Positions 52,154 through 64,000 of a DNA stretch of 64,000 bases are shown here, one piece after another (position 1 is the first letter of the stretch; each line of letters starts with the position of its first letter). The stretch lies in the NCBI GenBank assembly GCA_964106645.2, contig OZ067042.1; one strand, 5' to 3'. The notes below the pieces were generated by a model that was not told the origin of the DNA, searched no databases, and saw only the letters and a list, made by a program, of their open reading frames with translations. Source of the stretch: Podarcis pityusensis (lineage: Eukaryota). A program made the position numbers and the translations under genes.

Positions 52154-53825
52154 CAAAGTTGTAATTCCATGGTCACCACATATGACATTTTAACCTGCAG
52201 TCCTCAAGTCAAACTTATCCCAAGAATAGTAAGAAACATGATGTCATTCTGTAGCAAGCACCTTAGAAAACCTCTTTATCTCGTCTAATCTGTTACACAG
52301 CTTCTAGGTAAGGAGCAAACAGAAAAAGAGGGGCAGGGAGGGTGGGCAATGGCTAAGCTGACCTCCTTGCTGGCTTCCAGGCCTTTATATCATTACTCAA
52401 GTCTGTGCAACTGCAGCAAAACCATGCTCTAGAAAGGTTCCAGATGCAAGAATCATGGAGGCCTCCACTCTCTAAACTCAAGACATTTGTCAGTGGTGGA
52501 CCTTGGCATCTCAAATTTCAGTGGTGTCCTGTGCAACGCCAAAATCCATTGCCCCCCGCCTCTCACAGTCCATTGGACGTCATAGTTGCAGCACTCGCTG
52601 CAGCACCCCAGAAGCTCTGTGTCTGATTTGACCAAACTGGTTGTGTTCCCCTAGATCAGCCTTTGCTTCTGTACTTCTTCCAGACATGATGAAGGACAAG
52701 AGACAACAGTGGTCAGGGATGATGGAAGTTGTAGTTCAACAACATTTGGAGGGCCACAGGTTCCCCTTGGCTTATGTGAAACATTCATTTTAATGACTGC
52801 AGTTATATTCCTAGTACATATTTATGTTTGGTACATTTCGTTTATACTTAAATATGAGTATGTATAAAAATATGAGCAGACATTACACCTATACAGAGTT
52901 TTAAAAATATAGAGGTTGAGTTCACACAGTGTTGGTTTATCTGAGCTTTAGGAATAATTGTGTGAACTAAAAGCAAATCATTCCTCTGTATTTATTTTAA
53001 ATCTAAAAGGAACCAAGCCACAGCATTGGGGAGGTGGGGCAGAATACATTTCTATTCAGGGCTCCTGAGGAGAAGAAAATCAGAATCCTCCCGTAACTTC
53101 AAAGAAGCTATTTTCTGACCCAATGTGAAAGTTTCATAGTTTCCACAGGAACAGATGAATGGAACTATTGCATGACCAAATGCCCAGAAAAGGTACGGAA
53201 GGAATATAGTTGAAGAACCACATCAATTTTGCAAGGTTTATTTTTGCTACCTGCCTATTCCTGCTTGGTTTATTTTGAACAAATTCAAGGGCATAATCCA
53301 CCCACAGTAAGGGAGTTTTCAGCTCCATTGGTTTTTCAGTCTGAGAAAGTTAAATACACACTTAACTCTCTCATAAAATCAATAGTACTGTATTTAAAAG
53401 TGTGTGCCTTTGTCTGCATTGTGGTGAAGTTTTATAAGTAAACAAGCTTAAACTTAATAGCAAGGAGTCAGGTGTTCAACCCAATAACTACAAAAAAAGC
53501 TTTTCCAAACCATTTCTCCATATTTTTGTTATATTTCATGGCTTTGCTGTACTATGTTTTTAAAAGTCAGTTTTGAAAAGGGGTTTGGAAGTATCCTTCA
53601 TTTTCAGCAGGTTTAAGAAATGTCAGACATGATGTGAAGGTAAAGTAGAACAAATTTGCAAGAAGGAACACAGAACTCTACAACCTGCTACAGATTAAAC
53701 CCTAATGTCTGCGTTATGATTTAGATTTACTTACACACACAGCACATTACACTTGGGCTAAGACTTGCCTCTTAATTGTTTCCAACACAATAAACATCAC
53801 TGGGTGCATCTACAACAAGTAAAAC

Positions 53826-53827
<2 letters not shown>

Positions 53828-53872
<45 letters not shown>
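53828..53872. repeat. (TAT)n microsatellite
   Basis: Direct read; others at about 34638 (AAT), 52118 (AAT) and 61652 (GT). Confidence 0.95.
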
Positions 53873-53873
<1 letters not shown>

Positions 53874-55284
53874 TCAAAGTGTTGTATATCACAAGCAGCT
53901 CAGCTTTCCTCTTGCTGAAAATCATTCACATGCCTTTTCTTCTTTGCACAACCAGGGTCAGACTTCACTTCCTCCAACTAAATTAAACTTTCTTTTTAAG
54001 GAAATTGTCTAGCAATGCAAGTACAACATTGTAACATGCAAGTACAGGAGGAGATGAAAACCGACTGACCTTCAGTTCACTGATGATCAACAAAAACAAA
54101 ATCCCCAAATAAGGATTAGCTGAGGCCAGGGATCTTATGAGTTGGAAGTTGGCTGTGAAATCCAAAAAGTTGACCATTGGGATGTTCTGTTTTGGCATGC
54201 AGCTCACACAACAAGCAACAAACTTCCTTGTTGGAGTGTGTGCTTTTTTAAATGTCAACTGTATGAAACTGGCTGCAAATATCAAGCATAAATAAATGAA
54301 TGGCTTTGACATCTAGAAGAAGAGATACATGTAAATCAAGTCCTGTCAGCTAGCCTCTATCTTATCCTCAATATATATTTCTTGGGCATAGAATTTCTTC
54401 ACAGGCTGCCGAATTTTCCCACCACAAAGTTCCATTGACCCCTTTCCTATATTAGACTTTTTCTTGAGAGAGCTTTCCAAGAGCAAGATTATTTATATAG
54501 GACACATTTGTATTGAAAATATTTGCCAGTTTTTCCACAGGAGAGTAATGAGTATCTGTTACTCAAATTTCTGGAGACACAAACTGGCCTCCAGTTTAAA
54601 TTTCTGCATGGTCTGACTCTAAAGAAAACAATTGTTGATCATATTTGTATATCCTACACTTCTTCAAGAGAAGTTATTTAAGAAAAGTTATTTTCCTTTT
54701 TTAAAAAACCAAACTCATCCTTTTGAAGGGGATTAATGGGTAAGAGGTGACTCTGTGAGCTTTATGGCTGAGTGTATAGTTGAATCTAGGCCTCTGCAGA
54801 TCCAGTCCAACACCCTATCCCCTGTACAACATTGCCTGTCCCTATCCAAGTAAGGTAGTGCAATTATTGAACCAAGGCACTACAAACAGCATCTCAATAT
54901 TGAAAACACCCATGAAATAAGCTGTCCTCTTCTAAAATAACTGAACAGGCTGTCCATTGTATGTTCTTCCATCGTAAGATCTTCCCATGCTGCTGGCCAT
55001 GTGCTGAGGAGAAGAAAAGTGTTCTTGAGGTTGTTCCTATTCCTGTTGATATTGTCAGAACTAACACTGACCTCTTTGTTTCCTCAGCAAGATAGCTGTG
55101 AAGTACCCTTCCCATGTTTCTGCATAAGTCTGGGCCTTAGCCTATATCGGTACAGACCAGAAGCACCAAACCTTTCTCTAGGTCTTCACCAAGCCTTGCT
55201 AACAAGAAGCCACTCTGTGCAAGCAATTGGCTCCAGGGACAGGGACAGATTCATAGCATGTCCATAAAGCAGATTTGACCAGAC

Positions 55285-55783
55285 CAGGGGTCTGCAACCC
55301 GCGGCTCCGGAGCCGCATGTGGCTCTTTTACACCTTTGCCGCGGCTCCGGGGTGGATACTAGCGAGGGGAGGAGGCGCATTGTGCGCCCCAACACTCCCC
55401 ACTGTGGCGGGCGCTGTACTGACTGTGACGTCGCACGGGGGCGGTGCATGCGTTAGTCATGCACCGTCCCGACGTCACCTTCCCGCCCGCCTGCCCGCTA
55501 CATTGTAAGGGACATGTACACTGGTCACTGCATTGAAAGGGGGCATGTACGCTGGTCACTGTTTTGAAGGGGAGTGAAGAACACACACACACACAAAAAG
55601 TAACTTGTTAATTTAATGTTTATTTCTATGAGGAGGAGTAATTCTGAAGGGTCAAACAAAGAAATAATTAAAAAAGTGACAAAAAAGTTATTTTTATAAT
55701 GACGAGTTTTGCGGCTCCCAGTTTTTTTTCCTTCAGAAACGGGTCCAAGTGGCTCTTTTTGTCTTAAAGGTTGCAGACCCCTG
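55285..55783. mobile_element. 499-bp non-autonomous hAT transposon
   Basis: Perfect 15-bp TIRs CAGGGGTCTGCAACC; perfect 8-bp TSD GACCAGAC; CpG-rich. Confidence 0.9.
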
Positions 55784-56739
55784 GACCAGACCATCACGAA
55801 ACTGCATGAGAGGACACAATTCGGGAGGTGTGGTAAGTGGAAGTTTCTTTTTTCTTTCTTCTTTCACTCAGCAATTTTCCCTTTTATGGAACTGCATTCA
55901 GCGAGAATCCAGTCTACGTGTATTGATCACTCTTGCTGGATAGGGTGATTGGGCAAAGTTTGTAGTCATCTGAAAAGATTTCCTTCCAATAATTAACCGT
56001 GCAAATGATTTTAGTGGAGAGAATATATTAAAATTCAATTGAGACTTGGCATGGCTTCCTAAGCCTGGAGGGGGAAAGCACAATATTGAAATTGCAATCA
56101 ATTTTTTCTACATATTTAAAGATTTTCTCTGCATGTTGATTTGCAGTAATTAAATTCCTGTAGTAAAATGCAGTGCTCGGTGTAATGATAATTTTTTTCA
56201 GCTCATTATTACAGAGGATAGATCCAGAGAACCAAATAATTAAATGCATGATTCTTATTCATTTTGCTGAATCTATTAGTAGGAGTGGAACTTTCCTTCC
56301 TGATGCTGTTTCTGTGGAGGAGGCAGCGCTGTAACCCTTTCTAGGGATGTAGGAAAAGTTACACAAACATTTTCAGTTTGCAAATAGATCAGTGCAAAAT
56401 GTATGACAAACTATTTTAACAAGCCACGCACTAAATATAAACATGAGTGCTAAATGTAACTGGAGCATTAGCAAGAACATGACTATATCATGAATGTAAC
56501 CATAAATGACTATTGAGGGACGCAGGTTCAACCATCTTTCTGTTCCATCTGAAGCAAGTGAGGTGCTAGACTGGGGTTTGGGGGCAGTGAAGGGCTGGCT
56601 GTGGGTCAATTAACTGAAGCTGAATCTTGAAAATTCTATGCTATGTGCTATGTGTTCCAAATTCTCAGGTCTATGAGGTGGGAACACAAGTCTGTTTTGG
56701 ATATTGTAGTACTATCCTTGAATGTGCAGGTCTGTAGCT

Positions 56740-57315
56740 TGCGAGATCACATTCACCCGGTGCTCTACCAGCTGCACTGGCTCCCGGTGGAGTACAGGAT
56801 CAGGTTTAAGGTGCTGGTTTTAACCTTTAAAGCCCTATACGGCCTAGGACCCTCATACCTACGGGACCGCCTCTCCTGGTATGTCCCACAGAGGAACTTA
56901 CGGTCTTCAAACAAAAACACCTTGGAGGTCCCAGGCCACAGAGAGGTTAGGCTGGCCTCAACTAGAGCCAGGGCTTTTTCGACTGTGACTCCGATCTGGT
57001 GGAACGCTCTGTCACAAAAGACTAGGGCCCTGCGGGACATGACATCTTTCCGCAGGGCCTGCAAGGCAGAGCTGTTCCACCAGGCCTTTGGCCAGGGCAC
57101 AGCCTGACTCCCTCCTATGGCAATCCTCACAGAACTCTAGCCGAATGGTTGCCATTAATCTGATTGGAATTAATTTTATAATGAAATGATTTTAGAATGT
57201 TTTATCATTTTACTGTTGTTAGCCGCTCTGAGCCCGGCTTCGGCTGAGGAGGGCGGGATATAAATAAAAATTTATTTATTTATTATTATTATTATTAATA
57301 TTATTATTATTATTG
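56740..57315 (+). mobile_element. L2-type LINE 3' fragment
   Basis: DHIHPVLYQLHWLPV...FKVLVLTFKAL translation; (TAT)n tail. Confidence 0.85.
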
Positions 57316-59978
57316 GTACTCCCAGATCTAGCACAGTCCTGGAAACCAAAATGTCCTAAGTAGTTGGGAGTGCCTATTTTCAGCTATGCCTGGTTCACCA
57401 GCTAGAGTCCCCTTTGGACAGAGGTGACTTGTCCACTGTACTCCTTGTGCTCCACATTGCATTATAGCGACACACTCTATAAAGGGCTGACCTTGAAGAC
57501 AGCTCAGAAACATCAACTGGTCCAAATTGAAGCAGCCAGATTACTGGCTAAGGTTCCATTTAGAACTAAGTAACTGCTCTCATTCTGAATACAACACACT
57601 GTATTTTCAGTCTAGTTGCATTTCGGCTCACTTGATAAATTTGTTAACAACCGTTTGAGAAATTTCTTTGTTAATCTCATTTTCCCAGGCTTATTGCCAG
57701 CAACTCCTTCTCCCCAGGCTTGAGCACACTTCTTCGGATTTGTCATTGATGCTTAAAATCAACTCCACTGGAATTTCTCTTTCATTTGCTTTCTATTTGA
57801 TAATCTTATTTCATTGACTGCAGTATTTAACAGGCATTAGTCTTTTTTATACGTTAGGCCCGCTGCTTTCAATTGCTCTGCATGTTGGGTTGACAAGAGT
57901 AAACCTCTGTCCACTTCAGATCTGCAGATAATTGTCAGGGGGGTTTTCTTTTAACATCTGATGATGGGTTGTTTCTTTAACCCAAATCTTTGCCCAATAG
58001 ACCATCTAGTCTAACCATCTGCTTCAAAGCACAGCATTCTGTATGACCCCGGCAATTCTTTTTCCAACTACTCTTTGTGAAACACCTCCAAAAGACAAAC
58101 TCTACATTCACCAGTTTAGGGCAGCTGGCTATTTAACAACCTTTAGGATATGAAAGCTTTGACTTAAGGCATTTTTTTAAAGCATGTGCCCAGAGATGCT
58201 CAAATCAAGGAAATGGTAGCTTCTGGATTGAAGGTTAAGATGCATCGAAATAAACCATGAGAAGGTCTTATTCCATGAGGATAAAACTATTTCAGATATT
58301 AATATTGTGTAGCTTGAAGCAATTGGATGAATAAAAGCTGACTCCTCTTGGAACAAAAATTGCCCAGATCCATAAATATGTTCCAAAAGCTTTACTCACA
58401 GAACTTTCTTCAAAATAGAACATAAAACAAATAATGACCAAATAGTTGTGTGATATCATGTGCATGTCCAGCACAGGTAAAAATTGAAATAGCTCTAAAC
58501 CTTGGCAACTGTAGTTCGTGAAAGATCTCTCAACAACTCTTAGCACCCTTAACAAACTACAGATTCTTTGGGAGAAGTTTTGGCTATTAAAGTGATATAA
58601 GAGTGCTTTAAATATATAGTGTAGATGTGACCAGAATCTGAGGAAAAGAAGAGTCCTTCCTCATCACTGGACATGTGTGCTACCACTGTCTTCTTGACCT
58701 AGAAGTCTTCTAACCAGTGTTCCATAGGGAAAGTCCATCTTATTTTCCAAAGAAATTGCCTGGGTCTTTCTTCAGTGACTTCCCAACACTGTTTATTTGT
58801 CTTTTTAAGCACAAATGCAAAGAAGTGCACATTAATATTCTGTTGAACTGATTTTTTTCTTGAAAAATTTCCCTCTGTAGCTGTTCTGGATTTTATAGTC
58901 AAAATTATGCTCACTAAGCCCTTGGACATGCCAAAAGTTTGTGTGGGGGGGCACTGTTAATGTGAATCACTTTAACAGTGGGAAGAAATATATCAAAGTT
59001 CTTTTTATCAAACTGAGCTGTGTAATAAAATAAAACAAATGTTGGTACACCTTTGGGTTAGCTTGATCTTGCCGTCAAGAATGCAAACTGGGTACAACCG
59101 TCAAGCAAAACATGCTACAATAATAGTCTTAATTTAATTCATTTAGTGGTTGCTAAAAAATTACCATGACAGGCATTGAAAAGCTCTGTTAAGTGTAAAA
59201 TAAACAACTAGTAATTGTAGCCTGTCCACAACAAAGATAATATGCTCAATGTAAAACAAATAATAGTATCAGTTTTGGGGTCATGCCTGGAAATTGCTGT
59301 TAACAGTGGATCATCTGATTTACATTACCTTTTTAAAATTCTTTGACTGGAGCCATAAAACATGGTTTCAAAAACAGCACATTAGAAAGCTCTTTCCTTC
59401 ATCTTGATAACTGCAATTGGCAAGCTGTTTTTTTAAAAAATGCATCTGTTGGCAGAAGAACCCCATCAAGCTATGTTCTGAGGTTGAGATTCCAGATGCT
59501 TACAATTCTAAATTGGGAAAGGACCTCAAAGATCATGTAGTCCTGTGGTTCCCTAATGCCCCCACAGACCACTTGTAAATTGCTGAGGGTCTTGGTGGAT
59601 CTCCTAATGATTTTTTTCTGCCTGTTGTAAAAAATAAATAAATAGGGAAGTTTTTAATGTTTGATGTTTTACTATGCTTTTATATTTGTTGGAAGCTGCC
59701 CAGAGTGGCTGAGGCTGTTGTGGTTTTGCTCCATAACAATCCAGAGCAAGTCACAACACTTAGTTAGCAGAGTAAACACGGTGCAGGGTTCCAAAAAATA
59801 ATTCAGAGGCAATCAGATTCATCCAGTATTATTTACTGAAGGCAAATGAGCATAATAGTCACAAATCAGATGGGTGGGGTACAAATAATAAAAATTGTTG
59901 TTGTTGTTGTTACAGTTTCAGTACCCAGTGTTAGATGCTGTGTGGTTTTTAATTGTATTTTTATTGCTTTTTAAAAAA

Positions 59979-60311
59979 TGTTGTTGTTGTTGTTTAGTCG
60001 TTTAGTCGAGTCCGACTCTTCATGACCCCATGGACCAGAGCACGCCAGGCACTCCTGTCTTCCACTGCCTCCCGCAGTTTGGTCAGACTCATGCTGGTAG
60101 CTTCGGGAACACTGCCCAACCATCTCGTCCTCTGTCGTCCCCTTCTCCTTGTGCCCTCGATCTTTCCCAACATCAGGGTCTTTTCCAGGGAGTCTTCTCT
60201 TCTCATGAGGTGGCCAAAGTATTGGAGTCTCAGCTTCAGGATCTGTCCTTCCAGTGAGCACTCAGGGCTGATTTCCTTAAGGATGGATAGGTTTGATCTT
60301 CTTGCAGTCCA
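59979..60311 (-). mobile_element. 5'-truncated BovB 3' fragment with (CAA)n tail
   Basis: Translation WTARRSNLSILKEISPEC... nearly identical to the 31950..32279 copy; flanked by TTTTTAAAAA on both sides. Confidence 0.93.
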
Positions 60312-61646
60312 TTTTTTAAAAATACTTCCATGTATTAAGAAATTGTATTCACTGTTGCATTCATGTCCCAGTTTCAGTCTTCCCACAAGCATCATTTTGG
60401 CCACAGTGAGAACAGGATGCTGGCATCCTCTCCCAGAACCTACCTGGAGATACCAGGGATTGAACCCAGGATCTTTTGCATGGAAAACTGGTACTTTACC
60501 ACCTAACTACAGCCTTCCTTGAGTATTAGTGGGAGGAAGAAGTGGGGGTGATGGAAGAAGAGGCAAACAGACCATCAGTTCTAGGGCGATCTAGGTGTGC
60601 TTTTACTTCTATTGTCTGACCTTGCATGGCTGATATTTTCATTTTCAACAAATATCTAGCAAGGATGCCTCCCAGTTCAAAATCATGACATGAAGGATGG
60701 AGTCTTGAACTCTTTGCTCCTGCCATTGTCCCAATCCAAGTCAGAGACTCCGTGCAACTGTTCTTCTCAATGAGTGGATTGTACCAATGGGAGCCTTCTT
60801 CCCTTCCTTAATCCATAGAAGACACAGAGAGCCCCAGTTTTGACTCAGGGCAAAAGGTTCACTCTCCCTTCATCTCTCTTGCCCATGGAAGGCTGAACTA
60901 CATGAATAAAATTCATGTCTTTGGCCCACATTTAGCTTTGGAAAATAAGAGAAGCCTTGATATATTGAGAAGACTGCCTCAGTAGACATTGTACATTGTC
61001 TGTCCAATGCTGGGCTTTCTCATTTTAGGGGGTGCCAGAGTTTTCACAATATATCAGCAACAGCGGAATAAACCATCATGGCCATGTCTTCTTGTCAGTG
61101 ACACTTTTGCAAATTACAACCTGGCTGATATAAAGAGCTTTTCTCCAGGAATTTCACCAGTCAACTGGAGAATATTCAGTTGGAGGCTGTTGCTCATTTC
61201 ATTGTACATGCCTGCATCAATTGAACTGTTGCTCAAACAGAATTTCTGCTTTACTGGGATTGTTTTTGGCATGTTTCCCAATTCATCCCTGCTGAACTTT
61301 TTAAAAGAAAAAAGAGTCAGCAATTAAGTGAGTAGTGCTGCCACAATATATATATTTGAAAGAGTGCAGAGAAGGTCCTTTAAAAAACAAAACTAGAATG
61401 TTTTGTATTTCACTCCATACCATACCATACAATCCCTGGCTATTTTGTATCAGCAGGAGAGATGGAGGTCATAGGCTAGATCTGGTTTTTCGATCTATTG
61501 TACTCATCAGTTCTCTTTCTCCTGACAAGTACATTGCCCAACTGAAATGTTGGGTCAAGGAGAGTCTTACTTACAGAGAGGGACTTAACAATGTTGATAT
61601 TCATTAGTTTTTTTAAGGTTAGAGTGGTTTCTCCATTGCATTTTCC

Positions 61647-61690
<44 letters not shown>

Positions 61691-61987
61691 CAGAATTGTA
61701 GAGTTGGGAGGGACTGAGAGGGTCATCTTGTTCGACCCCATCCTCTAAAAGTGTTGGTGAGCACTTAATTGCCTCAACGCCATAGATATAATTCGTGGGT
61801 TGCCATCTGATTTCATTGTGATCTTAACTTGATTTTAAGCTGTATTTCAATTGATTGATTGACTTTATGTTTTAATGTATTATATACTTTGATTCCAGTT
61901 ACAGATAGGTAGCCGTGTTGGTCTGCCATAGTCAAAATAAAAAAATCCTTCCAGTAGCACCTTTAAGACCAACTAAGTTAGTTCTTG

Positions 61988-62025
61988 GTATGAGCTTTCG
62001 TGTGCAAGCACACTTCTTCAGATAC
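61988..62025 (-). ncRNA. Minimal type-I hammerhead ribozyme motif, second identical copy
   Basis: Exact reverse complement of 62579-62616. Confidence 0.82.
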
Positions 62026-62578
62026 ACTGAAACAGAAGTTGCCAGATCCTTCTATATAGTGAGAAGGTGGGGAGGGGTATTACTCAGAAGGGTGGTGGGA
62101 ATTGGAGATTGGCAGATAGCTGAGATGAGCCTGCTGACGACTCTTAACGACTGTAATAGGTCTTACAGGAAAAGGCAAGGGGTGAGAAGGTGAGAAATGG
62201 CTTAGTCATGAAGGGTGGTGGGAATTGGAGATTGGCAGATAGCTGAGATGAGCCTGCTGACGACTCTTAACGACTGTAATAGGTCTTACAGGAAAAGGCA
62301 AGGGGTGAGAAGGTGAGAAATGGCTTAGTCATGTATAATGGGATAAGAATCCAATGTCTTTGTTCAAACCAGGTGGATTCTTATCCCATTATACATGACT
62401 AAGCCATTTCTCACCTTCTCACCCCTTGCCTTTTCCTGTAAGACCTATTACAGTCGTTAAGAGTCGTCAGCAGGCTCATCTCAGCTATCTGCCAATCTCC
62501 AATTCCCACCACCCTTCTGAGTAATACCCCTCCCCACCTTCTCACTATATAGAAGGATCTGGCAACTTCTGTTTCAGT

Positions 62579-62616
62579 GTATCTGAAGAAGTGTGCTTGC
62601 ACACGAAAGCTCATAC
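62579..62616 (+). ncRNA. Minimal type-I hammerhead ribozyme motif (Penelope-type)
   Basis: GUAU-CUGAAGA-A-GUGUG(CUUG)CACAC-GAA-AGCU-C-AUAC: stem I GUAU/AUAC, stem II 5 bp, palindromic stem III. Confidence 0.82.
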
Positions 62617-62731
62617 CAAGAACTAACTTAGTTGGTCTTAAAGGTGCTACTGGAAGGATTTTTTTATTATATACTTTGATGTTAGCTGCCCTGAGCCCAG
62701 TCCTGACGGGGGAGGGCGGGATATAAATAAA

Positions 62732-62769
<38 letters not shown>

Positions 62770-64000
62770 AGCATTCTTTTTATGTGATAGAGACAGATCA
62801 GAGAAGAAGAGGGTGGCTGCACCCCCTTCCATTACATTGTCATCTCTGGCCTCCATTGGGTATGGCAGTTCACCATGCAATTTAAAACCATGTGTGGAAC
62901 ATGAGGACCAAACCAGCCAGCCTGTCCTTTCTCTCCTTCATGCTATTCTAATTATGGGGGGGGGGGGGACTGAATGTCTGGAATTGTTATTGATGCCACA
63001 GTTTCAATCTGAAACTATAGCACAATCTTTTTTAAAAATAGGATTCTTAGAAATTTGAGGGATAGATTGGATCCAGTGCTGGAAACCAATTTCTGTGGTT
63101 TGTGGTGCAATTGGAACAAGCCATTGTCTCCGGCCCATTTGATTATGTTTCTGTGGGGTATATACATTCCTCTGTGTGAAATACGGATTCTGTGCAAAAT
63201 TGGCTAAGGACATTTTGTTTATAGGCATCGTTGGGCTGCCAGATGTGTTCTTGATCAGGGATATTTACACTGTTGGCTGTAAATTATGGCAAGGCTGCCT
63301 TCAGGTGCAAATTATGCGTATGCAGACACTTGGTTTGCAGGCATCACAAAGTTTCTGGAAAACTGGCGTGAATTTTGAAACTTGGAGTGGTGCAGGAGCT
63401 TCTCAGTTCTGCTTCTGAGTCATTAGCTCTGTCTACTGTGTGGAATTTGTTCCACAGGCTGGAGGCCCCCAAAGATTTTTCTGTTTACATTCAAGCCAAA
63501 AACGAAAAAGAAATCTCAGGTGGTCAGTTTTGTGCATCTTGTTATTCAGAGTTCTTTCACACTTTCTTTTGCTATTCCCTTGGTATGAGATTCTTAGCCT
63601 TATTAAAGAGTCTAAAACTGTCCCTGTTTAAAAGAGCTTGTTATTTGTCTAGAATACAAGTGAAGTCAGAAATCTCCTATCTTAAGGCAACTGACTAAAG
63701 ACACCTCTAGTATTATAATAAGTTTCAGAACAGAACTACTGTTCCTAATAAGGCTCAGTATCATCTCCATCACCGCAATAACATAACATCACCCTATACT
63801 ATGAGTGTGTTCACAGAGTCAGTTCACAAACATCTTCTGAATGATGCAAGAGCGTGTATGGAAATAACCAGTAGGATACTGTGATAATGTGATATCCAAC
63901 AATTATCTCTTTGAGGCTTTATTTAGGGGCTGTGAAAGACCTTGAATCTGCTTAATAGTCACGTTGGACCTTTTAAGCGGCATCATTTAAGGAGTTAATT

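Larger units (their letters stand above)
61894..62664. mobile_element. Penelope-like element insertion: truncated copy plus inverted pseudo-LTR
   Basis: 16-bp direct repeat TATTATATACTTTGAT (61878-61893 / 62665-62680); inverted arms around a 20-nt spacer (62354-62373); minus strand encodes PGLNKDIGFLSHYT*, a GLN-type GIY-YIG C-terminus; hammerhead motif in each arm. Confidence 0.85.

Noticed and set aside
52150-61600. Second host gene downstream of PLOD2
   Set aside because: No exon chain or recognisable protein found on either strand; only repeats and unique non-coding DNA, although small exons cannot be excluded by eye
62134-62175. CTGACGA...stem...GAAA on the plus strand, a possible third hammerhead
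   Set aside because: CUGANGA is 10 nt from the stem and there is no stem I/III or UH cleavage site
61915-62770. Two ORFs with identical translations on opposite strands
   Set aside because: Consequence of the inverted repeat; antisense to the Penelope 3' region

Overview
This is eukaryotic (vertebrate) genomic DNA, almost certainly from a squamate reptile; the Sauria/Squam1-type SINEs and BovB LINE point to a lacertid-type lizard. The window holds the + strand of PLOD2 (lysyl hydroxylase 2) from exon 2 (2682) to the stop codon (48448), including the 63-nt alternative exon 13A, with a poly(A) signal at 49343. Exon 1 and the promoter lie upstream of the window. All 19 exons have AG/GT boundaries and splice into one open frame. 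Introns and the 3' flank are packed with transposons: a full-length BovB (RTE) LINE with target-site duplication (TSD), a young 5'-truncated L2-type LINE with an intact RT ORF, a 268-bp solo LTR, five Sauria SINEs, Tc1/mariner and hAT MITEs, L1- and CR1-like fragments, and a very young inverted-repeat Penelope-like insertion. The most notable observations: (1) the Penelope-like insertion carries two perfect minimal hammerhead ribozyme motifs with a palindromic AGCU stem III; (2) the lizard LH2 glycosyltransferase domain keeps an LH3-like D-x-x-D...H metal site; (3) the BovB 5' end begins with an HDV-ribozyme-like stem arrangement; (4) an LTR promoter sits about 40 bp upstream of the intact RT ORF; (5) there is a 54-bp-arm intronic fold-back hairpin; (6) there is a candidate poison exon next to exon 13A. 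Most short ORFs in the supplied track are spurious.
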